From contig OX597823.1 in NCBI GenBank assembly GCA_951406725.2, forward strand, positions 49,166,001-49,230,000: a stretch of 64,000 nucleotides of DNA. Direction: 5' to 3'. Origin of the DNA: Octopus vulgaris. Taxonomy: Eukaryota. The position numbers were made by a program, and so were the translations under genes. Of this stretch, positions 12,486-25,460 are shown one piece after another. Within the stretch, counting starts at the first letter, position 1. Every line of letters begins with the position of its first letter. The notes under the pieces were generated by a model. The model worked only from the letters and a program-made list of their open reading frames with translations, did not search any database and was not told the DNA's origin.

Positions 12486-13041
12486 TGTTTTCAATGGAAG
12501 AGCTATGGTGTAAGGAAATTGTCTGATAAAAGTTGAAGATACTGAGATTTATAATGTGCAATATTGCAAACAAGGATTGGTTTTTATTCTGTTAAGTTTT
12601 CAGCAAGCCAAATCGGTGACCTCATTTTAATTTCCATTTGCAGTCATTTTGCATACATCACAAGCTCCTGTAAGAAAGACATGAATGTCAGACATTCTCA
12701 TGCCTTTTGTTAAATGTTTTTTAAATAACATATACTTCGAGTTTTCGTGCTTCCCACCCCAAGACCATGTTAGTAGTGCAGTAGGCCCCTAGGCAGGCCA
12801 ATACATAGGGCCCCACCCCATAGTGCTTATAGTAGAAGACACTTGTTTCAGGTGCCACACAGTGAGACTGAACTCAGAACCATATGGTTAGGAAGCAAGT
12901 TTTCTTACCACACAACCATGCCTTCACTTTGGTCAAGGTTTGAACTCAGATCACAGAGAGCTAGAACAAATAATACAAGACATTTTTTCCTATCCACCAC
13001 AACGTTTGGTCCTTGTTTCAGTAAAGTGACTTATGTGCTTC

Positions 13042-13230
13042 CATGACACCGAGAGCTGTGCCAATGGGTTGCAGACTCCTGGTAGGACCTCTCATACTGG
13101 AAAAGTCAAGGGATAGAGGCCAGACTAATAATAGACCCACCTCTTCCCAGAGATAAAAATGGATTTGCATAGGTCCAACACCTCTTCATAGAAACAAGTT
13201 ACAGAAGCATCGATGATAAATCAAAACCAT
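13042..13230 (+). mobile_element. Degenerate RTE-like 5'UTR
   Basis: gagagctgtgcc..ctcctggtaggacctctcatactggaaaagtcaagggatagaggccagacta resembles the conserved RTE 5' leader (recognition only). Confidence 0.45.
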
Positions 13231-13589
13231 CAAGACTTGGGGGAAGAAGGTCAAGAAGGCATTTTGTCAGGAAAATATATGATAAGGTGCCACAAAATAT
13301 TTAAAAGGAAACCGCAAGGAAACAGGGATCCAACTGGAGGAGTAAGCAGAAAAGGTAGCCTCATGTTCAGAAGAGTGGAGAGAAGTCATCAATGGCCTGT
13401 GCTCCATAGGAAACAAGTGGCTTAAGTGAATCAGTATTTTGTACCACCACAACCACCATCATCACTATTTAACATGTGTTTTCCATGCTGGTAGGGGTTG
13501 AATGGTTCAACAAGAACTGGCAAGCCAGAGTACTGCACTGCAAGATCTATTGTTTGTTGTGGCACAGTTTATCTTTTAACTCTCATCTT

Positions 13590-14720
13590 TGACAAATGTT
13601 AGCAGAACAGTCCACAACTCTTCTACTCTATAGTAGATATGTAGATGACATTAATATAATAGTTAGAACCAACTCTAGTGATGGTAATGTAGAGACTGAG
13701 AAGAACGTAATGGAGAGCATCCAGCAAATAGCTAACTCCATTCACCAAAGTATCAAAGTAACTATAGATTACCCCTCTAAGAACCCTAACAATAGACTCC
13801 CTGTACTTTGGTTAGAGACTGTGAACAATAGAGTGCAGCTCCTCCACTCTTATTACATGAAACCTGTAACTTCAAAATATGTTGTTCACCAGAACTCAGC
13901 TTTGTCACATAACATGAAAATTAACATACTAACAGCAGACCTAATAAGAATAATGAACAATGTGTCCTCACAATGCGAACCCTATGAAATGAAGAAACAT
14001 ATACAGAACTTCATACACCACATGCAGTTCTCTGGATATGATCAGAAAGACAGGGTTCGTGTATACAGTGGGGCTAGAAAGAAATTAGATAATATTATAT
14101 GAAATGATACCAGTGGTACCTGCCCTAGATATAGAAATAAAGAATGGAATAGCATACAAAGAACTTGTGACAAAGCAAACAGGGCGAACACGTGGTATAA
14201 AACCAACAAATATCAAGGAGTGATGTTTGTAGAGGCCCACAGCCCATGGAGAACTAGCCCATAGATTTAGAAAAGCTCTGAAGGAGACCAAACGCAACAT
14301 TAAAATTGTTGAAAAGCCAGGGAACTCTGTCAGATCACAACTATGTATGACATACCCCTTTAAGAATACCATATGAACCAATGATAACTGCATAGTATGT
14401 AGGATTAGCCCTGGTATTAACTGTAGAATTCAAAATGTAGTTTACAGCATAAGATGCATAGAAGGTGCTTGTAAGGACATGAACATGATGTACATAGGGG
14501 AGACTTCTAGGAGCATTGCAGAACAGATAAATGAACATCTAAGACAATATGATGACAGAAAACAGTCCTCCATACTCTACCAACATGCCAAAGACTACCA
14601 TGGAGATAACTTAGGTCATCTTATCCAAGCACCCAAAAGACCCAACACTCAGACAAATACAGGAGTACATCCTTATAAATGAAACCTCCCCAATACTAAA
14701 TAGGAAATATACACAATAAA
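13590..14720 (+). mobile_element. Penelope-like retroelement relic: RT C-terminal half + Cys-rich linker + GIY-YIG endonuclease
   Basis: YSRYVDDI, TIDYPSKNPNNRLPVL, YYMKP..S, then after a stop and a frameshift CIVC..NC..NVVYSIRC..C..MYIGETSRS..INEH..HAKDYH. Confidence 0.9.
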
Positions 14721-14929
14721 TACCATACCTCCATACCCACAGTTTACACAGGTAGAGTAGAATAGTTAGTGGACTATTAGGTAGATAAATGGATCAATGT
14801 ATGTATGTATGTGGGTGTGTGTGTATGCACTTTTAAAAAAAATTTTTATATATTATAATTTTTTTTTTATTTATTTCTGTATGTAAGCATATAGATATGT
14901 AAATAAACAGATCAATATACAGATGGATA

Positions 14930-15325
14930 GGTATATAGACTATATGAACAGACACATATGGAAACACGGATCCACACATATAAAGATGCACATCCATACA
15001 TACAAACATGGCACACAGTTGCATAACACACACATACACCACACACACACACACACAGACATGCACACACAAGGAGACAGAGGTGCATATACATATATAC
15101 AAACCCATGCTCACACACACATACATAGAAAATACACAAACACAGACAGGCAAGCACATAAATATGCAGGATACGTACATAAAGATGCAAACACATACAT
15201 ACATATATACATATGCATACACACACATATATACATACATACACATGCAAACACACATATACATACGTACATGCATTCATGTATAGGCACACACACACAC
15301 ACACTGACCCACACACATGCGCACA
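14930..15325 (+). repeat. Degenerate (CA)/(CATA)n tract
   Basis: Direct inspection; explains several spurious ORFs. Confidence 0.9.
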
Positions 15326-15362
15326 AACAAACAAAAGGGAACGCAGTGCAAATAATGGACAG

Positions 15363-15563
15363 AGTCAAAAACTATTGAAAAGGTTGCAAGATGCAACGAA
15401 AATTTTAGGACAATAAAAATAAGAAAAAAAGTGGAAATTTTACCGGTGAGTGTGTTAAATAATAAGGCACAAAAAGAAAATGACTCTCTCCAGACACAAC
15501 AGAATATGCTTCAACACACGAACTCATATAAAGAATCTTGCAGACCAAATCCAAAAACGAAAT
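15363..15563 (+). mobile_element. Second copy of the 3144-3340 pseudo-LTR-like repeat
   Basis: Colinear with 3144-3340 (agtcaa.actattgaaaaggttgcaaga...ccaaatccaaaaacga). Confidence 0.85.
15372..15408 (+). ncRNA. Variant hammerhead motif (U3-A8 core)
   Basis: cta TTGAAAA g gttgc-aagat-gcaac GAA aatt t tag; stems I and II and a palindromic stem III are present. Confidence 0.5.
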
Positions 15564-15619
15564 ATATATATATATATATGTTTATATATATGCATGTGTT
15601 TGTGTGATAGATATGTTAC

Positions 15620-15808
15620 TGCACTGGACAAAATGTTTCACAGTATTTCATCCATCTTTACACTCTGAGCTCAAATTCTGTCATGGTCAACTTTACCTTT
15701 CATCCTTTCAAGATTGATAAGAAGGTACCAGTTGAACACAGGGTGGTCAATGTAGCTGACTTACCCATTCCCTGAAACTGCTGGCCTTGTGCCAAAATTT
15801 GAAACCAA
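15620..15808 (+). mobile_element. SINE family B
   Basis: ctcaaattctgtcatggtcaactttacctttcatcctttc...gctggccttgtgccaaaatttgaaacc. Confidence 0.75.
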
Positions 15809-16741
15809 AATTTCCTCTCTCCAAAACTGTATATGATTAATTATAAATTATAAATTATAATTGAATCTTTTTTCTTTTTTATCTTTGAAAATAATTGATT
15901 TTGAATTATTCCAATTGTATTATTTTAAATTTTGTGATCTGTGAGAAAAGTGCCAGAATAATAACTATTTTACAATATCTAGTTTTGTTCTTTTTTGCAA
16001 TCTGTGTTGAAATTGCACTGTGGGACTCTTTACCTGCCAATGCTTGATGAACTATTGATCTCTGATGTAGGCTTATGGTTGATTATATTGATCCCCAGTA
16101 TTTCAGGATACTATTTTATTGATAGTGAAAGAATGAAAGACAAAGTCAGCCTTGGTGAGATTTGAACTCAGAATATAAAGACTGTAACTGAATATGCAAA
16201 ATGCTTTATATGACTGTCTAATGACTTTGCTAATCCATTTCTGTGTAATGCTGATACCAAACGTGTACTGGAGACAATTCAGTCCAATATTCAGCTCTTT
16301 TATAAATTTAGGTAAATATCAGCTGTCGGATATAAGGTTTAGAGACAGTGGACAAAATACAAAATCAGGCGCAAAGATTCAGCATACTGTACTTGTGAAG
16401 TCCTTTATAAGACCTCCAGCTACACAAAAAACACCAAACATAATTAAGATCAGCTTAATTTTAGAACTCAAAAACAACCAGTTTTGGCTCCTGGCCAAAC
16501 TTGAAAGCTAGCTTATAATTCCTAACACAAGGCTTAACAGCTCATAAGTGGCTTCTTAAAAGTATGTCCTTGAGTTGAAAACGACGTCCAAATGACTCCA
16601 GAATTTTAAATAATATATTAAATACATCAAAAGGGTGAAAGGAGTTTCATATTTCCTTCTCTTATATCTTTCACCAGTTTCTTTCATAAAAAATGGGTCA
16701 GAGAGATTGAAATGTTATGTTCAGAAATCAACAAATACCTA

Positions 16742-16960
16742 TGAGGGCTTGCTAAAAAGTTTCTTGCTGTAAGGGTATCATGAAAGGCCTGGTTGGAGGT
16801 ACAACCTTCCAAGTTCTTTTACAGGGCTTTGAAAAACTAAAAAAACCACTGCAATAAGTGTGAGAATCTGAGAGGAGAATATGTTGAATAAGAATCATAA
16901 TTAACTGATCTTCCTATGTTTTCTTTTACCCAAAGCCAGGAACTTTTTAGCACCTCCTCA
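16742..16960 (+). mobile_element. Mariner-derived MITE
   Basis: TA flanks; TIRs tgagggcttgctaaaaagtttcttgct / agccaggaactttttagcacctcctca; residual transposase end HCNKCENLRGEYVE*. Confidence 0.8.
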
Positions 16961-17861
16961 TACAACTAGTTTGGACTGTAACAGGAAAGCTAGCTGACTG
17001 ATAACTTATTCACTCAACCACTTTACCAACACATATCTTTCTCATTTTAACAAAATTCCTGGAGGTAATTTTTCTTTTATTTTGCCTTTTTCTTTTAGCC
17101 ATTTTATGAAGAAGGAAAAAAATCAACATTTGTTATAAAATATTACACATATCATGACATATCAAAATATATATAAATGGGAAAATATCAGCATGCATGA
17201 CAAAACATCCTATCTCAACATATACTGTTTTAATGAACTATTTTAATAGGACTATAGGCTATTTTAAATAAGATGGAGTCTGTTGTAGCTTCTGGGGATA
17301 ACAAAAGAAATAATCATTCTCCAATTAAGAGCTTGGCCAAAAACACTAGATCATCATCAACTTCATTTTTCTCCTCCTCCTCAGCCTTCTCCTCCTCCTC
17401 AGCCTTCTCCTCCTCCTCATCATCATCATTTTCATCATAATTCAACATCCGTTTATCATGCTGGTATGGGTTGCACAGTTTGATAGATGACAAGCCAGAA
17501 GACTGTGCCAAGCTCTATTGTTGGCTGTTTTGGTGTTTTTTTATGGCTGGATGCCCTTTCTAACACCAACCACTTTACAAAGTTTATTGTGTCCGTTTTT
17601 GTGCATGGCGCCAACAGTTGTGAGGTCACCAGGTAACTTACAACAAAGGTTCTTCAACTAAGCAGGGAGTAGAACTGCGGTGGGTGGACTTGTATCAGGT
17701 GATGAAAAGTTAGTACAGAAATAGATTTCTTACAGAAGAAAAATACATGGCTACCTCAGTCGGAGAGAGAGAGAGAAAAAGAGAGAAAGTGATAGAGGAG
17801 AGCAAGAAAGTAGTGAGATAGAGAGAGAAGAGATAAGGAAGATGATGAAAATATGATGGGA

Positions 17862-18080
17862 CATGGAGGCATGTGGCTTAGTGGTTAGGGTTTTGGACTC
17901 ATGATCCCAAGATTGTGGTTTCAATTCCTGGACTGGGTGAGGCATTGTGTTCTTGAACAAAACACTTCATTTCACATTGCTCCAGTCCACTCAGCTGGTA
18001 AAATGAGTAATCCTGCGATGAAACTGAGAAACCAATCCTTATGAGTCGGCATGACTCAAGAAGGCAACTTCATCTTTATA
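17862..18080 (+). mobile_element. SINE family C
   Basis: ggcatgtggcttagtggttaggg..gtttcaattcc..gtgttcttgaacaaaacacttcatttcacattgctccagtccactcag. Confidence 0.8.
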
Positions 18081-18759
18081 CTTAGGATAGGACATGCACT
18101 CAAGTTACAGGGAAATGAATATGTGGAACCAGATATTGGTTAGGGTGAGTGGGTGAAATATATTTATTTTTCATTTAAAAGATTTTTATTTTGCTTCTAA
18201 CTAAATTGACTTTTGTGAACAATGATGATAATTTGTTAGCTCAGTTTTTATAATGATTATATCTGAATGCAAAAAAGACAAATTGATGCATTTAATCCAA
18301 CTTTTGTCTAATTCTGAGTAGAAGTCACAGGAGGAGCTTCACAGAAAAATAGTTTAAGAAGTTTACTGGGCTCAGATTCAGCATCCCACTTGGTAGCTGA
18401 TGGGTAATTGTTATTGATCATAGCCTCGGGTAAATCCAAAATTTGTGTGTGTGAAATTGAGTCAACAGAAAGTTTTTGGAGGCTTGTTGAATAGCTTGTA
18501 CTGGAAATTCAAAAGTCAAGCTTTCTTACACATTGCATCATGCTAATACTACCTGAGATACAAGTGACTATAGAATACTTAACCACTTACATGCTAATTC
18601 AATCAGCAGGCACCTCAGTTGATTAAACAACTGAATACTCATTGGTTGAAATCAATGGAGATCCATTTATTTCACTCTTTAATGAATCCAATGAACTTAC
18701 AATGAAGTCCCTTGTCTGTGCATTGTGGACTTATTTCTTAAGGAGCAAGAGAACCTGCT

Positions 18760-19800
18760 GAAGGCTTTCATCAAGTAAACAATGCCAAGTTCATTGGATT
18801 ACTTTAGGCTAAACACTTCTCCTGCAGTTGCCTTACTAAAAAGATAGCATCAATAGTACTTCTACCTGACAAAAAAACTATACTGTATCTCATCTAGTCA
18901 AATTCTCTTCATAATTAATTGAGCCTTTCTGTAGCTTTCATGATCTGGTCCAAAGTTCAATATCTCTGTAATTGCTCCTATCCAAAGCATTTCCTTTAAC
19001 CTTGTAATAGTTGACCATAATGCTGCTACACCAGTCATTGTGTATAATACCTTCCATGAGAACTTGATTCATTATGCAGGTGATGAGACTGTATACCACT
19101 TTTAGGCAACTCAGTAGAAATTTCTGATGAACCAGAGGCTTTCTCTGTCTTCATATCCTTAATTGCTTTATCCATCATACAGTGTCAGTCCATATGACTA
19201 GTATCTCTGTTGGGTTCACATTAAGAAGACACTCTTTCTTCCACACATTTTCTACATATAACAGCACTTCCATACCTCTTTATTTTCAGAATCACACAGT
19301 GCAAGTGTACCATCAGTACCATTATCCTTCTATGACACACTTCTTTCCCAAAGCATCTTGATTTTCTATGATACACTGTCTGGAACAAATCATGCCTCTA
19401 GTCCTCATGCTGCAAAACATTAGCCAAACCTCTTCTTTCTGCTTCTCCCCTTGCTAAAATGATGTTTTAGCCCATTTTCTTTTAACTACCAAGCTACCTG
19501 GTATAATTCTCTGCTATCCCTATTGTTTCAATCCTTCCAAACTAATTGCTTCGCTTTTATGGCTTTGTCTATTTCACTGTTCTGCCACATCTCCCTTGGT
19601 CTGCCTTGAACTTTGAACCAGCCACAGATTTAGTCCATTGTCCTCAGTAGCTTACTTGTCCTGTAAGAACTTCCAGATATCCTCCATCTCCAGCTTCTTG
19701 TTAAATGCTTCATTTAGAATTTCTCTTCTCTAAATCTCTAATTATTCAAAACTTCTTTAAGTTTCCATGTCATCTTTTTCCAAATTGGTTTATGCCTCGC
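18760..19800 (-). mobile_element. Degraded RTE LINE reverse transcriptase fragment
   Basis: Minus-strand peptides KAIKDMKTEKASGSSEI, DWCSSIMVNYYKVKGNALDRSNYR, GRSTIDAIF, VRQLQEK, with many stops and frameshifts. Confidence 0.8.
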
Positions 19801-21142
19801 AGTCCTTCGAGCTGTATCTGTCAGTGCTTTGAAGAGCCCTTTTTTCCTTAATGAATTTAAAGAGAAAATTAAAGGAATATGAAATATTTAACGACTAATG
19901 AAAATATGGATAGATATATTTTCTTTTTAACCACCTAATGGATCTATAACCTTATTTACAAACATTTTCTAGCTTAAATAGATCTATTTCCTTGTTACAC
20001 CCAACTAATTGCTATAGTGACAACAGTTTCAATACAAAATATTAATTGTAATATTAATCGTAATAGCTTTATTGATTAATTCTTCACAATATCATTTTTA
20101 ATTCCTTCATTTCTAATTTATATCATTTTTCTAAAATATTGGATTAAAAAAAATTCAACATTTTATTTTGAAAAACCAGCCATAATGCCACTGATGATGT
20201 GACTTGTGTAAATAGGTTATGAACAAAAACAACACCTCCCTACCACTGGACTGTTGTTCTCATTTAATTGAAAAAAATATTGTCTTTTGTCTGCTCTGCA
20301 TCAGAATAAATAATTCAATATTCTCTTTCTTTGATAGTTGTTTGAATTTTGTAAAAACATGCTGGAATATTCTATTTTTTGTTGAGGTTCATGAAACTCA
20401 CATATTAGTTCCTGCTTTTGATAATAAATTCTAAATTTTAAAGCAATTGTCTAGCTCAAGATCTAGGTTAGTTTCTTTAAATTAAAACTTAACATAAAGC
20501 CTATGATTCTCAAAATAGGTTTAAAAGTTGGTGAAAATCTTCTGCTTGAACTGAAATTGAAGTTATATTCTTGTTCCAAAAACTACAGAAGAAAATTGTA
20601 AAATTTATATCTCATATTTTTATGAGAAGCTTGTGTAAAATATTTATTTTTATACAAAAAATTGTACATCAGTTTTATACATTGACTGTAAACATGAATA
20701 TTGGATAGATCAATACAAGATATAAACAGAAAGAAAAAGAAAGTGGGTATCTGGTGTAATCTGGCACTTAAGAAAGCACCAAATGGCACTTGGTGCAAAG
20801 GGCCTGCTGCTTACATTTCCCTTCTTTTCCTCTTTGTTTATATCCCATTTTTACAATATCATGCATTCAATATATAAAAGTATTTGAACAATCCTACTTT
20901 AATAAAAAGTTCAATTTATGATAAAACATTAAATTTTTTAGATTTAATTTTACTTGAAAGTTGATAATATTTCTTCATTGTCAAAATGTGAAATGTTTCA
21001 TTTGGGAAAATTGAAAAAAAAAATGAAACCTATTTCACATTTTTTAGGCATAGGAAACAATTATGTCTTCAACAAATCCTTAGTCTAAATCCTGTAGAAA
21101 AATGACCATATATTTGATATTTTCGAAATATAATATCTCTAG

Positions 21143-21333
21143 CTTATCTTACATGCCATAACTGCAATGCTCCCATCCTTTGTAGCTATCTTAGATACAA
21201 TACACAAAAACTCATTCAATAGCCTTTGGCAAAATGAAGACACATCATTCACATATCAACAAGCACATGTAATTAAGTACTTATGTATCTACTCATATTT
21301 AGTCTTGAACAACATATTATTAAAATCCTTAAG
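21143..21333 (+). CDS. Possible host exon, unknown product
   Basis: ctctag| acceptor and aag|gtcagt donor; open reading LILHAITAMLPSFVAILDTIHKNSFNSLWQNEDTSFTYQQAHVIKYLCIYSYLVLNNILLKSL. No homolog recognised. Confidence 0.2.
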
Positions 21334-21686
21334 GTCAGTGCAAATGCAATACTTCACAATATCTGATAATCATTCCTTGCAACTCAACATTGGCTAAAAC
21401 TGCTTTGCCAAAAAACTATGGTCAGAAAAATAAAAGCATACAATGAAATACAAATCTTATATTAGAAACTGTGTTACTTTGCTGATACATACATAGCAAG
21501 CATTTTAGGTTGTATCCAAGGAAGACCAACTCACTGATTGGTAAAAACCTCATGCTCATAGCAGCATGAGGGTTCAGTACATAGGTTCTGTGTGTTCACG
21601 TGCGTGTGTGTGTGTATGTATGTGTGTGGTGCGTGTGTGTGTGTATGAGTGTGTGTGGTGTGTGTGTATGCATACACACACTTATT

Positions 21687-21722
<36 letters not shown>

Positions 21723-22013
21723 ATCTATCTATCTATCTATCTATCTCTCTTCCTCTCTCTCTCTATATATATATGTGTTTGTATATAATTCTTTAGTAAA
21801 AATATTATTGGCAGTAGCTTGGAAATTTTGGCCTGCTTAGCCTTCAAACAAGCATTAATATACATAGATATATACATATTTATGCATCGTGCATATATGT
21901 ACATGTGTGTGTGCACGCGTGCACGTGTGTGTATGTGTACCTGCAAGAAAATAGGCTTATAAATGCATGTACTACAGTAATTCTTTCATCATTTTTATAG
22001 ACATTACTCATAC

Positions 22014-22273
22014 GTTGCATTTCCCACTCCAGACCTCTGGATTATAGAGTAAATATTTGCTCAGCTTCTTTATGATATGAAATGTCATATCATTTAATAA
22101 TAACATTAAGCAACATTCAATAACTGATATCTTCAGGCTTTGCTGAAAAGGTATAGGTTGTTGCAATTTCTGACAATAATTCCCATACCATAAATATATG
22201 TCTTCAAGGCACCAGCCCATTCTTTGAATCATGCAGTTTATATCAGACTCAGATCTACAAGTATTGATTTTGC
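22014..22273 (-). CDS. Possible host exon, unknown product
   Basis: About 100 open codons in non-repetitive DNA; cccag| acceptor and aac|gtatga donor. No homolog recognised. Confidence 0.2.
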
Positions 22274-22535
22274 CTGGGATAAACTTTATTTTACAATTAC
22301 CCCAGTTTCAGATCTTGCAGTCATGAAACTGAAATCAAAACATTGATTTTAATGAATTTCTTCCAGTTTTGTTGGAAATTTCATGAAACATTTTAACTTT
22401 GATTTTGACCTTAAAAAAGAATGTGTTGGAATTAAGCAGTTTTAGTCAAATTTACAATATCTATAAACACTGTTAACCCTTTTGATGCCGTACTGCCAAA
22501 AGCATTAAAGCCACCAATGTCATATAAATTTCTGT

Positions 22536-23005
22536 CTTTTATTTTTATTTTTTCTTTATTTCCAGTCATTAGACTGCAGTCATGTTGTGGGTACTGCCCT
22601 GAAGGGCTGAATCAAACAAATTAACTCAAGTACTTTTTTTGTATTTGTTTTTAAAGTTTGGTACTTATTCTATCATATGCTTTTTGTCGAACTGCTAAGT
22701 TACAGGGACATAAACAAACCAGTACCATTTTTCTAAGCAGTAATGGGGACAAACACAAACCCTCAGACACAGATATAGACACATACATACACATACATAT
22801 GTATATATATATATATATGTATCATTATGTGGCACCCACACTGGTATCACAATGGGCTTCATTCAGTTTCCATCTACTAAATCCCTGCACAGGGCTTCAT
22901 TGGCTCAGGGCTATAGTAGAAGATGCCTAAGGTGTCACACAGTGGAACTGAACCCAGGACCATGTGGTTGGGGAGCAAACTCATGTAGTCACAACAACAG
23001 CTGTG
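22536..23005 (-). mobile_element. SINE family A (diverged)
   Basis: Matches family A head and tail. Confidence 0.75.
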
Positions 23006-23074
23006 TTACTAAACCATTCCAAACTGCCTGAATTTATTAAAAGAAATCATTTTAGAATTCAAGTCTTAGCTAAA

Positions 23075-23343
23075 ATATTCTTATCACATCATACACATGA
23101 TCACGTGACTAACCAGGTTATCAGATGGTCACAATGTGCTTTTGCATTGTTTCAGCCATCGAATGACACCGCCCTGCTGGCTAGATGAGCAGGCCAACAT
23201 TCCCCACTGATCAAGGAGATTGGAGCTAAATAAAATGAAGTGATTTGCTTAAGAACACAATACACTGTCCAGTCAAGGAATTGAACCCATGATCTAGCGA
23301 TCATAAGTGCAACAGCCTAACCACTAGGCCACACACCTTCACA
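23075..23343 (-). mobile_element. SINE family C
   Basis: Head and core as 1-268, with a different tail shared with 63110-63170. Confidence 0.7.
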
Positions 23344-23503
23344 AATGTTCTTGCATGAATCATAATTGTTTCAAATTTTGGCGCAAGGCCAATGATTTCA
23401 GGGAAGGGAGCAAGTTGATTACATCAACCCTGGTGATCCATTGGTACTTATTATATCGACCATGAAAGGATGAAAGGCAAAGTCAGCCTTATGAATCATA
23501 ATA

Positions 23504-23904
23504 CTTTTTTACTTGTTTCTGTCATTTGACTGTGGCCATGCTGGAGCACCGCCTTTAATCCAGCAAATCAACCCCAGGACTTACTCTTTGTAAGCCTAGT
23601 AATTATTCTATCGGTCTCTTTTGCTGAACAGCTAAGTTACAGGGACGTAAACACACCAGCATCGGTTGTCAAGCGATGTTGGAGGGGACAAACACAGACA
23701 CACAAACATATACACACACATATATATATAAATATATATATATATACAACGGGCTTCTTTCAGTTTCCGTCTACAAAATCCACTCACAAGGCTTTGGTTG
23801 GCCCGAGGACATAGTAGAAGACACTTGCCCAAGGTGCCACGCAGTGGGACTGAACCCAGAACCATGTGGTTGGTAAGCAAGCTACTTACCACACAGCCAC
23901 TCCT
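23504..23904 (-). mobile_element. SINE family A, full length
   Basis: tRNA head (tggctgtgtggtaag, ggttcagtccc), CORE-like ggcaccttgggcaagtgtctt, internal microsatellite and tail. Confidence 0.9.
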
Positions 23905-24087
23905 ACACATAATGTACAATTTCAGTAGATAGATATGCTATCTTTTCCTTTTCTTTTATTTTTCCTAGTATAAACTAATTTTTAGGTTATATTCCAAACA
24001 GTAGTATAGTATATTGATAATTAAAGAAATTACATTTATGCTACTAAATCTCTCAAAATTCTTGATAATTTTGAAAATTGAATTAAT

Positions 24088-24255
24088 AGGTGTAGGCATG
24101 GCTGTGTGGTAAGAAGATTGCTTCCAAACCACATTATTCCAAGTTCAATCCCAGTGTGGCACCTTGGTTTAGTGGCTTCTACTAAAGCCCTGGGCTGACC
24201 AAAGTCTTATGAGTACATTTGGTACATGGGAACTGAAGGATACCCATTGTATATT
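24088..24255 (+). mobile_element. SINE family A, 5' part
   Basis: ggcatggctgtgtggtaagaag...gtggcaccttgg. Confidence 0.7.
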
Positions 24256-24367
24256 AATATTGCATGTGTGTGTGTGTATGACTGTATGTCACTCTCTCTA
24301 TATGTGTGTATATGTATCTCTCTCTATATATATGTATGTGTGTGTGTGTGTGTGTGTGAGTTTGGAG

Positions 24368-25460
24368 GGATATATCATCAAGGTGGATACTGTGGTGGCT
24401 CTCAGTTATGTTCCAGATTACAGCTAACTGCATCAGTCGGTACTTAACGTCTGTGACTACTATTCATCATTCATGCTGTAAATTCCTCTGACAAGTTATT
24501 CCATGTTTGCTTCACTGGATGATAATATTGTCTGGAGTGTATATAAGCAAAAATTATAACAATATAGAACTTGGAGATATGCCCATCCTTAAAATTTATT
24601 TCCTCTTGTTTTACAGTTTTATACAGCATATTTTTATGGTCATTACTACCTTCGAATATATACTGTATTTGATCATTTTTCTTGGTGTTGTTAGTCCTTT
24701 TCTCTTCTCGGTCATGAAAGTATGCTCGCCATCTCATGCTGTGTATGAAGGAATTGGTATAATCAATGAGATATTTTAGGCATTCCTTCTTAGGGAATAA
24801 TGGAATGTCTTTTAGGGATGAGTCAATGTTGATTTTTCTCTATACTTTGGGACTCCACCTTAGTTGCTTGTTGAAAATCAAGAATTATTATTAACTAGCA
24901 GTATCGCCCGGCATTGCTCAGGTTTGTAAGGGAAATAACTATAAAGCATTTTTAGAGAGTTATAGCCAAAAAATAGCAAAAAAATGGGGAAAAAATGATG
25001 GTAAATTTTTTTTGAGAGTTAAAAAAGGTGGAGTTGCGTCCCCTAGACGGTCTGTGGTTTGGGTTTCTGATTCTCGACCCCATGTCGAATTTATCGATCT
25101 TTTTCAGAACTGGGGGAACTTTTCAAAATTTTCGCTGCGTTAGTTTTGAATTATGACATTGGGCTATGTGTGTGTCAAGTTTCATCAGAATCGGTTGAAA
25201 GCCGTGGTCAGAGTGAGGGTACGAGAAAACAGACACACAGAAAACGCACAGACAAACTGCCATTTATATAGAGAGAGATGTAGGGATATATCATCCAGGT
25301 GGTTACTAGATGATAAATCCTGACGAGAAAAATACAGCATATATTTAAAGGTCATAATGACCATAAAAATATGGTGTATAAAATCCTAAAATATGAGGAA
25401 ATAAATTTTGAGGATGAGCAAGTGTCTATGTTCTATATCATTATAATTTTTGCTTATATA
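24368..25460 (-). mobile_element. Internally deleted Penelope-like element with inverted arm (interrupted by a Helitron)
   Basis: Minus-strand peptide SLKDIPLFPKKECLKYLIDYTNSFIHSMRWRAYF resembles a PLE ORF N-terminus. 24368-24391 is repeated at 25284-25307, and 24540-24670 is inverted at about 25329-25460. Confidence 0.65.
24895..25278 (-). mobile_element. Non-autonomous Helitron
   Basis: Minus strand begins TC and ends hairpin + CTAG; inserted between A and T with no TSD. Confidence 0.8.

Noticed and set aside
16194-16511. 105-aa plus-strand ORF
   Set aside because: It starts in a SINE, has no recognisable domain and no convincing splice sites.
17866-17940. tRNA-like A/B boxes here and in many other places
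   Set aside because: These are SINE heads continuing into SINE bodies; no complete cloverleaf is evident.
23632-23919. Recurrent ORFs such as QIHSQGFGWPEAIVEDTCPRCHAVGLNPEPCGW
   Set aside because: These are translations of SINE family A, not a gene family.
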